Below, in pieces: positions 1-14,499 of a DNA stretch of 42,417 nucleotides; position 1 is the stretch's first letter; every line of letters begins with the position of its first letter. The DNA is from Psammoneis japonica (Eukaryota). The notes below the pieces were generated by a model. It was given only the letters and a program-made list of their open reading frames with translations, was not told the origin of the DNA and searched no databases. The stretch is from contig QPGO01000222.1 in NCBI GenBank assembly GCA_008632985.1, positions 70,206 to 112,622 of the forward strand. The letters run 5' to 3'. A program made the translations under genes and the position numbers.

Positions 1-722
1 AACAGCTTCTGCGCCATTAACGTCGTCCACAGGGTGCTCTTCACCTTTTCCTTTCTTCTCTTCCTCCTCCTCTGCAGGATGCATGAACATGAAAAGAATG
101 ACACCAAACTTAAGAGCCCCGTCCAGGCGCCCAGAAAGGGCGGCACACAAGCTGTCGTCCACAGCACTAACCCAAGACGCCAAATCGGCGTAACCGGCGA
201 GAGACATTTTTCATCGATTGCTCTTTGAATGCCACCGAGTGCGCCTTTCAACTTTCCTCCGACCAAGAAGGTTCAGCGCAATGTTCACAGGCTCGGAAGA
301 GCCATTCCACGAGATCCTCAAATTCAGCGATTCAGTCCATTCCGCAATGTCCTTGGCATCCCATCTCACACGGCGACTTTTGCTGAGGATTTTGAGCGAT
401 CGCACTGCAGATCTTCATGATGACATTTCCAGCCCGAGCATGATGTGCCGTAAAGCATTTCTTGCATTCATTGTAAGCAGTGCTCACCTGGCATGGCACG
501 GGCAATGGGGCCCCACTGATGTAACATGACGCATCTTGGAACTTTGCAGGTTGACCCCAGACGCATTTTTCACCTCATTGTGACTGTCGTTCTGTCATTT
601 GCATTGGTTCGCATGGTTCGGTGCGCAAGTGAATGTAAAGGCAAACAGCCAAGAGGCGCGCAGGGGTGGCTTGCGGCGTCATTGTTTTCCCATCCACACA
701 AGATGAGCTCCATTTGTCGTGT

Positions 723-1510
723 TTAGTCAGATCGCGACAAGTCGGAGAGTTCTCTCGACAAGAGACTTTGAACAGCCACAGATGCGGATTCACAAGCTAA
801 CGTCATGGCAAACCCAATTTGAAATGTGATGCTGTAGGCACTCGCAGCAACAGACCCCAACAGAGCCTCAAAAAGAGGAAAGGAGGTGAGGCGTTGCCGA
901 CAAACAAACTTGACGTCTTGCCCCTGTGTTGTGCACGACAAACATGCCAACTGCCTCGAACAATGCGTGAATGCAGCTGCTCGCGCAATGGTTCTTCCCA
1001 GCACAAAGCCAGCAGACTCGAGGCATTGTGCAGTTGAGGATTTGAGCTTTGGAAGTTGCTTGAAAAGATTGAGCTCGATGCGTCGATTCAGAATCATCAA
1101 AAGCGGCATCAACGCCACGCATTGTGACACAGCCGTCCCAATTGCCACGCCCGCAGCTCCCCAAAGAATCAAAATGGGGTTCAATGCCATGTTCACTGCG
1201 TTTCATAGTGTGCTGCAAAGCAGCGGTGTCTTTGCATCACCAAGTCCTCAAAGGTGACAGACAATTTCAGAAGTTAGCTGGTCGGGATAGCAGCGCATAA
1301 CAACATGATCTTTCGTCCTTGCTTAGATTGGGCCAGCTCTTTGGAGCACCTGCCACGAAATGCACTGTTGGAAACAAGCCACAAGGTTGATGCAGGTGCA
1401 TCAAGAGCCCGAGCTCTCATGTAGGATGTGGCAGTCGCTGCCATATCACTGTCTTTCGATGCGCCCATGGCGCTCAGGATTTGTCCGGCAAAAGCAGCGA
1501 ATGCAAACAA
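723..1510 (-). pseudogene. MATE (DinF/DTX-like) efflux transporter, partial and pseudogenised
   Basis: MATE-like segments RALDAPASTLWLVSNSAFRG/LGDAKTPL, NMALNPILI..GAAGVAIGTAVSQ and ASAYSITFQIG. Two inferred introns (1247-1353, 867-947) have GC donors. In-frame TGA at 1203-1205. The ends of the gene are not resolved. Confidence 0.75.
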
Positions 1511-2136
1511 CCGAGCAGTTTGGGTCCTTCTGAGCTGGCTCCAAGAAAGATATCAAAAGCTCCTGTGGTGTTTCTGGTGCAACTGAAACTTTCAGTAGAT
1601 TAGAGTGGGCTTTGGTTCGTTCTATGATCCCTTTTTGCTTCAGAACAAACACGGTTTTGTCGAAGTGAATGAGAAGTTTCGCAGGTTGCGACCCCTCGGT
1701 TTCTCGTGGGTTTCTGAGCCCTCTTCAGAATCATACGAACCCAAATCGATGACAGAACGTTTCGTACTTCGTTTAGATGCACGATCATTGTGTTTGGGTT
1801 GGTTAGTTGCGTGCCGCTTGGCGGTGTAGCGGCGGAGGTCCTCATGGTTGATATCGGTGTGTTTTGATGGTTGCATCAATTCTAGTAGTACTTATTTTGT
1901 GTACGATTCTACGTGGCTGTTGAGGGGAACCCGGAAAGGTGTTGTCGAAGGAAAAAAAAAAAAAAAAAAAGAGAAACATCTCTCTCTCTCGAACCCTGTG
2001 GCATTTTGCCTCAAACAGCAATACAGTATACCGTCGGAGCGAGTTTCATGCTACCGGTATCCAGTAGACTACGCTAGTAGCTAGCGGTTCAAAATAATGT
2101 GGCACGCTCGATTTGTTAGATTTCTCGTGTCAATCC

Positions 2137-3254
2137 GGGCGATCCAGGAAACTTCGAAGACTTCGAAAGATTCCATATTCCATGACATTTCTTTAAATTA
2201 TTCTACGTGCAGAGCTCGTAGGTTGTTGGTACTTTATAAACAAGGGGCAATAGATAAAAGTCGAACAAATAATATGTTGTGTGTTCGAAGCTTTCGAATA
2301 TTGTTCGAAGTGTTCGAAGTTTTGTCGCAAACATATTGCCCTCCAAAGATTTTGATTTGAGTCACTTATTCTTCGAACTTTTCATATTGCCCTTTTGGTC
2401 ACTTCGAACTTATTCGAACAAAGTTCGAACTTATTCGAACAAGTTCGAAGTGTTCGAACAAGTTGAATTTTAATTATTTATTTAGTCATTTATATATCAT
2501 TACGATTGACAACCACCGATTTTTGGCACGCGACACCACCAAGATGACACGTTCCGTCGAACGAGTTCGGGCCCACCCGGAATAGTTACCAAGCCATTTG
2601 GGTACAGCTATATCAATGAGGTACTTGCGGATCATATATGTCTCATTGGATTGGTAATTCTTCGTGGTTGACAAATGAACGACGGCAAAGGATTCACGTG
2701 TTGTTTTGTCGTGCTTTGGCGTAGAAAACCTACGTAGGCCTACTCTGAGCCACAAGCGCGCGTAACAAGCTTGTAGTACATCATCTCGTAGCTGCCTGTA
2801 CTTGTCGCTTCGATTGTACGTACCGTATCTCATCATCTCATTGATACCGGTAGATGCTCGAGACTCGAGTAGAAGAGAGCACAAAACAACAACGTGAGAT
2901 GTCATACCGGTACCGCATCGCGCGTGTTGTACTGTACTACCAGCAGCACGTACATCATTCAGCTACGGATGTCATCGTGACATCATCATTCGTCTCCCTG
3001 CCTTACTTTTATTTATGAATTATAAACTTCGAAAGTGTTCGAAGTACTTCGAAGTGTTCGAAGTATTCGAACACTTCGAACAACTTCGAACACTTCGAAC
3101 TTTCTTTGGGGCAGTATAAAGGGCAATAGAGAAAGAAATTTCACAATGTTCGAAGCTTTTGTCCATCCTACACGAGGTCCACGTAGAGATATATTGATAG
3201 GAATTAGGAATCTCTTAAATATTTTTCGAAACTTCGAAGTTTCCTGGATCGCCC
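2137..3254. mobile_element. Non-autonomous terminal-inverted-repeat DNA transposon (MITE/Pack-type)
   Basis: Perfect 23-bp TIR GGGCGATCCAGGAAACTTCGAAG (2137-2159, complement at 3232-3254). Dense subterminal TTCGAA arrays at about 2280-2460 and 3028-3100. No transposase and no clean TSD. Confidence 0.8.
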
Positions 3255-3435
3255 CGTCAAAATAGTCCTGTTTTCCTTTCTTTCCTTCCTTTTCGTTCCG
3301 TTTAATCTCTATCTTCGTCCGTTTTTTCCGACTTCTCTATCAAAATCGAAAATCTCCCGACAAAACAGAACACACAACATTTTGTAGGTAATAGGGCCCT
3401 ACCATATAGTACGTTTTTGCTGTCTCTGTTATACA

Positions 3436-5462
3436 ATGCCTCAATCAAGCGCTAACCCCGTTATTCGAAGAAGAAAAGTCCCCAGTCTTAGACGAAAGGA
3501 CGGATTGATTCAGTACGCTCGAAACGAGACCAGTCAAGGCGGAGAGGATGGCATTCTAGAAGCGCTGTTTTCTCGAATCCCGCAACCTGCTACCTCGAGA
3601 CGACGATTCTGTGTCGATGTCGGGGCATGGGATGGCGTTCACCTTTCGAACACATATTCTTTGTTGGTTGGTTCGGATCAGCAAGATTCAGAGGCGAAAT
3701 TATGGAAAGGTGTCTTGATTGAAGCTGATACAGAACGTTTCCAGGACTTGACCTCTCTTCACCAACCTCTCGACAACACTTGTTTATGCGTGGCGGTGTC
3801 AGGTGACAGCAATGACGAAAACAGTCTCGTCAGATTGCTGCACGATAAGACCGATGCTCCTTCTGATATCGATTTGCTATGTATTGATGTGGATAGATGG
3901 CTCTGATTATTGGCTCATGCATGATGTGCTGAACAGTGAACTCTACGAGCCAGTGGTGATTTGTGTTGAATTCAACCCTACAATGCCTCAGGATTTGATT
4001 TACATACCTCCACATTCAGATTCAATACGACATGGTGCTTCGCTTGCTGCACTCGTTGAATTGGCTGAGCAACATGATTACGTCTTGGTGGAGACTACCC
4101 CTGTACAATGCTTTTTTCGTTCTGAGAAATGTTCACCAAGAGCACCTCACAACCACAATACCCGAAACTACCATTGAGGCATTATCGGAAGTTACAATGG
4201 GAACTTCCCTTTATCAACTCTACGATGGTACAATTAAGCTCTCGGGATGTAAGAAACTTCTATGGCACCGAGTACCAATCAAGGAGGAAAATATACAGAT
4301 ACTTCCGTCCGTCGAACGAACCTTTCCATTCGCGCCATCACCAACCATACCGGTACCTTCAGTCCATGACAAGGACTCGTTCAACGATGCGATTGATATG
4401 ACGAGCTATTGTCGCTCATTGGACATTAGCAATGGACAACAAGATACTGCAGCCATGGCAGAATGCGCAACCCAGCTTTGGAAGCAGCTTTGCAAAAATG
4501 GATTTTGCTTGGTGCGAGGTACTGGTATCGACACACATTGTGGCAAGTTGGCTCTAGAAGCGACCAGATCTTTTCTGGAAGCCCCGGAAGCCGTACGACG
4601 ATCTTGCCTCGCAAAAGACCGCGCGCGAAGGGGTTACAGTCCAATGTGTACCGAGAACTTTGCATCTCTTATCGGTGACAAGGCGCCCAATGATCTTGTG
4701 CGCAAGTTTCGAATTGGGCCATCTCACGATAAATGCCATGTCCCGTCGTCCCCTCTACTTCGTCCCAATGTATGGCCTACTGGTGAGGTTTGGACGAACG
4801 ATGATGCAACCATGTTTCGCTCTGCAATCGAATCCTACTATGAAGCATCATGTCGTGCTTCGCATGCTGTTACTCGAGCAATTTGTGACGGTATCCTCCA
4901 GCAACACCCAAGCTTGAAAGAATCAATGGAATCGTTACTTGCCTCTCCAGAACGTAACGGTGACTCGACTCTAGAATCGCAACAATCGTCTATTATGACT
5001 CTCTTGGGATATTCACCAGGCTCACGACACAAGAAGAAGCCACCGAAACCTCTTGTTGCACCTCACACAGATGTGGGCATCATTACTTTCCTTCTTTTTG
5101 ATGCCGGTGACAGTGCCACTCTTCAGAGAAAGAAATCTGGGAATGACAGATCCGATAACTCAAGCTGGGTAGACGTGAGGCTCCCCCCACAGGTACCGGA
5201 GGATCCAATCTTTGTTGTAAACATTGGTGACTGTCTATCCGAGTTGTGTAACGGTTTATTGCCGTCGACGCTGCACCGTGTCATGGCGCAACCTCAGGGC
5301 TCTATTGCTCGTTGTTGCCTTGCTCTTTTTGTCGGATTGGAGCCGAATCAAAAACTCGTATTCCCACAAGGAAAAGGTAAAACAAATGGGGAACACGAGC
5401 TAACATTTGAAGAGTGGAGGCGTCATCGAATTGCTGCGGCCCAGAAAATGCTCAGTGCATAA
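3436..5462 (+). pseudogene. FkbM/Methyltransf_21-like SAM methyltransferase fused to a 2OG-Fe(II) dioxygenase; two frameshifts (pseudogene or assembly error)
   Basis: SQGGEDGILE, CVDVGAWDGVHLSNT, IEAD, LLCIDVD/GSDYW, ICVEFNP, GASLAALVELA, then RRGYSP, PHTD (HxD) and VNIGD..NG..STLHRV. The frame changes at about 3891-3897 (+4 nt) and 4098-4101 (extra C). Confidence 0.8.
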
Positions 5463-6740
5463 AGGGGTACAATCCAGAAACCTGGTGGTTAGTTGAAGAT
5501 TCTGTCCCCGCGTCCCAGATGAGCGCCACGGACAGTAGTACGAGCAAAACGCACCCACAGCTCCTCTTTGACTGACTCCGTGCAGCAGTGGAATTCTAGT
5601 CTCCCTTGTCTCTTTTCCTCGTCCTTTTCCGACTTCACCTTATAGCTCCCAGCAAAGGCAGTTCCAACAGCGAAAAGGAAGAGATGAAGCTCAACGCCTA
5701 CACGGAACGGAGAATCATTTCTATCTAGGTGGTTGGCACTTGTCGCCCTTTATGTTGTCTAACGCTTCAAACTCCGCATTGACAACGACGTGCACTCTAT
5801 TTCTGGAACAAGACTGTTAAGGGATTGGTTGATTGATCCCCGGAGCTAAGAGTGGCAACGTTTCCATGTCGTTGATAAGCGGTCAATGCCCATCAGCTGA
5901 AGCCCGGGCAGCTTAGGGCACGGCGGCTTTAAGTAGAAGCAGTGGCTTCCCACATGTACATTCGTTTCCATCTATGGTCGACCCAGGTGCGGTTTTACAA
6001 AAGGCACCATTAGACTTCGGCGTAGAGGCTTTAAGGACGAGGTGCCGTCGGTTGAGAAGGGGCATGACTCAGAATAATCACTCCATGTTCTCGCGTTCAC
6101 CAACGTGAGGGAGACAATTGATTCAACAATGTCATTCCCGATGTCTGAAACAGTGGGCGTGTGGTGTGAGCGTTGAATGAACGGCACAAAAACGAGAGCT
6201 CTACTAGCTATCGTATTTCCATATTTGGCTTGTCGTCGGATAAAGCGTGGCCCGGCATGTTTCGAACGAGAGTTTAGAAGGGACTGAAGCGGCATCGAAA
6301 AGAAAGATCCTGACGAGATGAGTGACTAGGTCTTAAACCGTGTTCTGTTATCAGAGTTGGCAGAAACCAACGGAAGATCTGAGGTTGGTAGTTCCATTGG
6401 AGCTGCTTCCGGGTAGTAGTAAGAAGAGCAAATTGAGTCGCGAAGGCTTTTCCTGTGCCATGAAAAGTGGGGCACAACACTACACACTACAGGGCTATTG
6501 GCTCTAGTTTAGTAGCCAGCAGCAGACAGCGTCGTTGCTTCTGCAAGTAGCTAACAGTGCCATCGGCGAGTTTAGTAGCTAGGGCCCTCTAGCTAGCTCT
6601 AGGCTAGAGTTTCAATGGGCATGGTTCGATTTTCGCCCAACAGGTTTCACGACCAAAACTGCGACCAACATAATGACTGATTCGTGACGGAATTTGACGA
6701 CGACAGACAGGCTCATTCCAAGCCACGTAATGTAAGCTAA

Positions 6741-9079
<2,339 letters not shown>

Positions 9080-9263
9080 GACGCTAATGTTGGAACAAAG
9101 TAGTGCCCTACAACAGCAAACAGGAGCACTGATAGCGATGATTCGCCCACTCTATGTAGAGTGGTGTAGAGTCGTGTACTTTTTCAATCCTACTTATGTA
9201 CCTTACTTTCTATGAAATTGAAGCCTCTCATCAAAACGTCGCCTTCGCATGGCTTATCTGCAA

Positions 9264-10577
9264 CTAATCCACCTCACCGACAAGAAGAGGCCGGTACCTT
9301 TCCACACTGAAGGCTTGATGGAAATCCGCTTGCTCAGAAAATATCTGCTGTTTCTTCAAATGCGGCGACTCGTCGTTCTTGTTCTTCTTCACACGATAAT
9401 CCGCAGCCTGAATCTCAACTCCCAAGTCAGTCAAGTCTCCGGCAAATCGCACAGCACGGAAATACCCCCACAGACAACCATGATACTGTGATTTTTCCTG
9501 TTCACCGACCAGTGCGGGCGAGACAAGGGTGTTGTACCCAGGATTGTAGAAGAATGGCGAAGAATATCTACGTTTGACAGGATCGGTCCTGACACGATGA
9601 AGTGGGGCACGATAGCGCCCATTAGACCAAATCATGGCCATGTCTCCTGTATTAATTGTCAGCGCTCCCTCGACGGGTCGCACCGTGACCCAGTCTAGCT
9701 TGTCAAAATCGAACATGCTGCTATCAGCAAGACAAGGCTCGTGACGCGCCACCTGCAGTGAATGACACCCGTCATCTTGTGCCAAGACTGTAAGAAATCC
9801 GGCATCCTTGTGAGGCGAAATCCCCAAAGGAGGCAGTGAAGGTGGGGATTCCGTCTGGGGACACGGCGGGTAATAATTGATTCTCAGATAAGAGGTGTGA
9901 TTTTTCCTCATTGCCTCCAAAAAATCGCTAGCAGTTGGCTCCAAGTCGACCGATGCGATGGATTTCTCAATGGCTAACTCTTCAGGTTGCTCAAGTATTT
10001 TGTCTAAAACAAAAAGCCCCTTGGCCATTAGAGACGCAATTCGATCCGATAAGTGTGCACACGCTTCAAAGTAGTCGACAGTAACAGGCCGAAAGTCTGC
10101 CAATTCCTTCTCACTAGGAAGTTGGTTCATTCCGTCCAAGCACTCGTTGCGCTTATCATCATCCAATAAGGACCAGTCACGAGAACCTGGCACGCCTACA
10201 TCGATACACTCTTTCCAATCCCGACGCTGCTTTGTCAATTCATCGTCAAAAAAGCCTCGTGCATTGCACTCGTTACGTTTCCATTTCTTCTTCGTTTCAT
10301 ATGGTAAATCGAAATACAGCTCAGATTGCTTCCTGAACTTTTGTAAGAGAGACGGAGGGATGCCGTGATTTGTTACTTGGAAGAACCCAAAAGTACTACA
10401 GGCCGTTGCCACTTCCTTGATCAATTCCGATTCGTTTTGATTCGATAAATCAATGACTGGTACACCGTGCTCATACATGACTTCTTGGTAGGAGGGTCTG
10501 CTTTTGTTCTCGCGTTTAGTGCTGTCGCCTCCTTGGGTCGAGTCGTCAACAGTTACGGCTGCTGGCTTTAGTGTCAT
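9264..10577 (-). CDS. 2-oxoglutarate/Fe(II)-dependent dioxygenase (DIOX_N + 2OG-FeII_Oxy), about 437 aa
   Basis: VPVIDLS, ACSTFGFFQVTNHGI, LRINYYPPCP, HKD, INTGD..WSNGRYRAPLHRV and RYS. Start placed at ATG 10577; the upstream extension of the ORF is treated as an artefact. Confidence 0.92.
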   Translation of the reverse strand: MTLKPAAVTVDDSTQGGDSTKRENKSRPSYQEVMYEHGVPVIDLSNQNESELIKEVATACSTFGFFQVTNHGIPPSLLQKFRKQSELYFDLPYETKKKWKRNECNARGFFDDELTKQRRDWKECIDVGVPGSRDWSLLDDDKRNECLDGMNQLPSEKELADFRPVTVDYFEACAHLSDRIASLMAKGLFVLDKILEQPEELAIEKSIASVDLEPTASDFLEAMRKNHTSYLRINYYPPCPQTESPPSLPPLGISPHKDAGFLTVLAQDDGCHSLQVARHEPCLADSSMFDFDKLDWVTVRPVEGALTINTGDMAMIWSNGRYRAPLHRVRTDPVKRRYSSPFFYNPGYNTLVSPALVGEQEKSQYHGCLWGYFRAVRFAGDLTDLGVEIQAADYRVKKNKNDESPHLKKQQIFSEQADFHQAFSVERYRPLLVGEVD

Positions 10578-12632
10578 GTTTGCTTTGCAGCTGTCAGCTT
10601 CCAACACGTTGAACGTTGTTGCAATTGCGAACCCAGATGCTGCCACAAATAAAACACCTTGCTCGCACTGAGCACTGTTTTGGCTCACCCAACCAACACC
10701 GAGACAAAACAAAAGACTGCGAACATGCCTCCTGTCCGCTTGTCTGTCCCCGCCCGAAACACACGGCATCCCAATCTCCATCCCATCCATGGCGAAGTGC
10801 AGCGCTGTGCAGGGCAGAAGACACCCTGCCTCTTGCCTTGTGCGCCCTCTGCAAAAAGCTCCAGTGTGCGTGAAAGCACCAAGTCTGGACTGACTTGTGC
10901 TGTGCAGCACGTGATCTCTGGAAAAGCGCGACGCCCCTCCCGCCATTTTTGCCCTTCCGCCATTTTTGCCCAAGCCAAAACCAAACAGCACAAAGAGGGT
11001 CCAGCAGCACACCTTTCTTTTGTTGCTTTGTGACCAGCTTGTGCTGGGGCAGCACGCAGTCTCTGGAAAAGCATGGTGCCCTTCTCGCCATTTTTGCCTG
11101 AGCCAAGAATGAGCACAAAGGATCCAGCACCTTTCTTTTCTTGCTTTGTCCCAGCTGTCCAGCTGCTCTCCTCCCCCTCCCCTCTGTTCTTCTGCCCAAA
11201 ACAATGGGCGCTGCCCCAGCCACCCTCTTCCCCTGGCCATGCTCCCACCCAAAACAATGGGCGCAGCAGCCAGCTGGTGTGTTGCTTGGCACTGGCAGTG
11301 CTGCCATGTCAGGCTGTGTTCTTGGTTGGATGCTCCTCCACAAAAATGGAGCCTCTCACTCAGCAAGTTGTCTGGCCACCCTCTTTTTTGAAGATGCTGG
11401 TGGAAATGCATGACACGCCAATCTCCCAGGGTGCAAACAATTCTTTGGGCTTGCCATTTTGGCACAAGCTTGCCCTCAAAATCCATCAACTTTGCATCTC
11501 TGTGTCAGTTTTTTGTCTTCCTTTGGCTGCACTGCTGCTCACATTGTTGCCAGCTGCTGGCAACCCCATCCATGGTTTTTGGAGAGTCGACTCTTGTTCT
11601 GAGTCTGGGATGAAGATGTGGCATTGAAAAAAGATCTGAAAGTCAAGGGCTCAAAGCTGTGTGTAGAGAGTTGTCTCATGTCCAGAAAATGTTGTTGCTC
11701 TGACTCAGAACTGATCCATGCTTGACAAGATTGATGTGTTCTCAACAAGTGCTCCTTTGGTGTCATGGTCCAAGTGTTTTTGACAAGTGAAAACTCAAAG
11801 TGGGGAACAATGTCCAAGGAAATTTGGTCTTGCACAGTGCATGTGATCTTGACAAGACCAGTTTTGCACATGTCAGAAAGAAAGTCATTGTGGGTGGTGT
11901 TTTGTGCAGATGACAAACTGACGCTCAACGTGGAGAACACCCATGAATGAAAGAACTTTTGACTTGTCAGTTTCAGTTCTTAGAAGCAACAACAATGCAC
12001 AGTGCATCTGCAACAAATTGCTGGCACACACTTCATTTCTGACAAGAACCACACAAATTAATCTCGTTGACTTCCTTTTGCATTGGCTGTGTGCTGCTGA
12101 CAATTTGATTTGTGCACACCAAAATTTGGGTTTCCAGCAATGTCAACTTTCTCTCTTGCATGTTCTCATTCTCTGTCACCCACTCTCTTCTCTTTGCTCC
12201 ATTGTTGTTTTGGTTTGTTCCCCCATGGTCTTTTGCTGTCTGCACAGCACCCTGTCTTTCTTTGTTGTTCTGGCATTGTGTCATGTGTTTGTGCTCCATT
12301 TGGTGTCATGCTCCCACAGTTTGTCATTGAACAAGAGCCAGATTCTCTGTGTGACATTTGTCGCTTGAGTGGCACCAGAGCTTTGCCTGCCAGAAGAGAA
12401 GAGTGCATTGGAGTCATGAGTTTTGTGCACAATTGGTTTGGAAACAGTTTGGTGGTGATGATGCTTCTGCCCACCTTTGTGCAACATTGCAGCACCACGG
12501 TGTTTGCTCCAGGTGAAAGTCAAGTTGCAACAATTTGTCTGTCAAGGATGGGCAAAAGCATCAGTTTTTTGCACTGTTCTGAAAGCTGCCTGCTTCCATG
12601 GCATGTTTCCAACCTTTTGCCTTTTCTCTCTG

Positions 12633-12810
12633 CTTTTCTTTGTTTGGTTGTGCACAGTCCTTTTTTTGCTCTGCTGCTGCCTTCCCACAATGCCATCATC
12701 AACAAGATGCCCCAGGCTCTGCTTTTCTTTGTTTGGTTGTGCACAGTCCTTTTTTGGCTCTGCTGTTGCCTTCCCACAATGCCGTCATTGACAAGATGCC
12801 CCAGGCATCC
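12633..12810 (+). repeat. Tandem duplication, about 89-bp unit x2
   Basis: CTTTTCTTTGTTTGGTTGTGCACAGTCC...ACAAGATGCCCCAGGC at about 12633 and 12722. Confidence 0.85.
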
Positions 12811-13599
12811 TGTGTTTTGCATTTGTTGTGTTGTGTGGTGGCAATGATGTGTTTTTTAGCATGATGCTGAGCCAGTCAGCCTGATGGTCATTTTTGGTTG
12901 TTTTTGCAATTGCAAATTGTTCAAACCAACTGGAACATGAATGATTTGTTTGGTCTCAACCTCCAGCTGTCAACTTCATTTGAGCGATGTCGCTTCTTTT
13001 TGAGCTGGATGTTGAAATTGTTTGGGTTAGATGCAGTGTGCATGATGTGTTTGCAGAAGATTGATGTTTGATTTTCTGCCAGTGTGATCTTTGTTGGCTC
13101 TTGTCAAGAACAAATTTTCACATTTGTGCTGGTCCGCAGAGAGCTTGTTTGTTTCTGTCTGTGAGAGTGCCTCTGCAGCTGGCTGATCTTTGCAACAACC
13201 AATCTACACCCACACAGCAACCTTTGTTTTGGCTGCATTTTCATCATGGTTCAAACTCACAGGCAGGAGGTCAGAAGAGGCCATGGAGCCAGTTTTGTGC
13301 AGGTGGCATCAGACCTTTGCAAACAAAGGGGATCATGGAGCTGCTCAATTGGTGCCTTGATTGCTCTGCTGTGGCACTCACAGCAGTGCTGCCTTCAAAG
13401 AGCCACTGCACCAGCCTCCAGAGACAGCATTTCCTGTGCCAATGTTCTTCCTCCTTGCTGACATGTGGTTCCCCATGCCAATGCTGCAGTGTGCTGTTGC
13501 TGCAGCTGCACATCATCTTGCAGCTGTCAGCAACAACAGACTTAAGAAAGCAACTCTCAACTTCATGATGACACTGCAAATGATGGCCACTGCCAGTGC

Positions 13600-14480
13600 C
13601 CAACAACAGCAAACTGAGGGCACTGTTGGTGTCTGGTGGTCCCCAGGAAACTCTTTGAGAGCTGTGGTTGAACATTGCAAGGTTGAATTTTGTGGCATTG
13701 TGGCCTCATGTCACCTTCTTTCCAACAGCAGTGAACTTGGATTTCCAAAGTCAAAATTGAAAAGACCCCATGATGGTGCCAGCCAACCCAGCAACAGCAA
13801 GCTGAGAGTGCCGGGAGTCTGTGGTGACCCCCACAGCTGACGCTGTAGAAGCAGCTGCTGAGTGTTGTGAGGTTGATGTTGTGGCTGAATGCAACCTTTT
13901 CCCCAACAGCAGTGGTGCACCATTCTTTGAATTTTCAAACTCTGAGTCCCAAGTGAAAGGACCCTGTGATGCCACCAACCAACCCAACAACAGCAAGCTG
14001 AGGGCACTGAGAGCCCTGGCAGCCCCCCCCAGCAATGCTTTGAGAACCACAGTTGAGAGTTCCAAGGTTGATCCAATGGTGTTGTTTCCCCATGACATGT
14101 TGTCCCCAACAGCAGCAGCTGACTTTTGAACCTCCAAAATCCAGAGTGAAAGGACACCATGGTGCTGCCAACCAACCCAACAACAGCAAGCTGAGGGCAT
14201 TGGTTGTCCTTTCACTGGCACCCTTGGCATTTGGAAAAGTTCCAGCAGTCAGGGCTGTCATTGCGAACAAGGTGCAAGACATGGAGCCACAACACCCCAT
14301 GAGATCAACTTTGCAGTGCCAAACCACAGCTCACAAAGTGTCACCTGGGCCCCACCAGAAACTGAAAATGCCCTTGGTTTTCTGTTGTTGGGTTGGTTGG
14401 CCACATTGTGGGGTCTTTTTATTTTGGAGTTTGGGGGCTCCTCAAGTCTGCTGCTGTTGGGGACAAGGTGACAGGGGGGC
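13600..14480. repeat. Degenerate ~190-bp repeat units, the last one inverted (about 14230-14480)
   Basis: Recurrent TTTGAGAG...TGCAAGGTTGA...GTCACCTTGTCCCCAACAGCAGCAGACTTGA. The reverse complement TCAAGTCTGCTGCTGTTGGGGACAAGGTGAC is at about 14442-14471. Confidence 0.75.
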
Positions 14481-14499
14481 ACAACAACATCATGTCTGC

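Noticed and set aside
1..530. Gene fragment on the minus strand
   Set aside because: Protein-like but interrupted by stops and unidentifiable; possibly another eroded relic, not supportable as a feature.
1952..1970. Poly(A) tail of a retroposed element
   Set aside because: An A-run with no TSD and no identifiable upstream LINE, SINE or retrocopy.
2280..3100. Heat-shock elements in the TTCGAA arrays
   Set aside because: The spacing is TTCGAA-nnn (period 9), not alternating nGAAn pentamers; better explained as transposon subterminal repeats.
5470..6740. Protein-coding gene between the fusion gene and DHX15
   Set aside because: Only short ORFs with no recognisable motif. The CAAGACTGTTAA match to the PBS near 5809 has no LTR or tRNA context.
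10578..11489. N-terminal 304 aa of the 741-aa ORF as part of the dioxygenase
   Set aside because: It has no Tyr, is rich in Cys/Trp/His, and lies in the TpA-free domain where TAA and TAG cannot occur. The frame is open by artefact.
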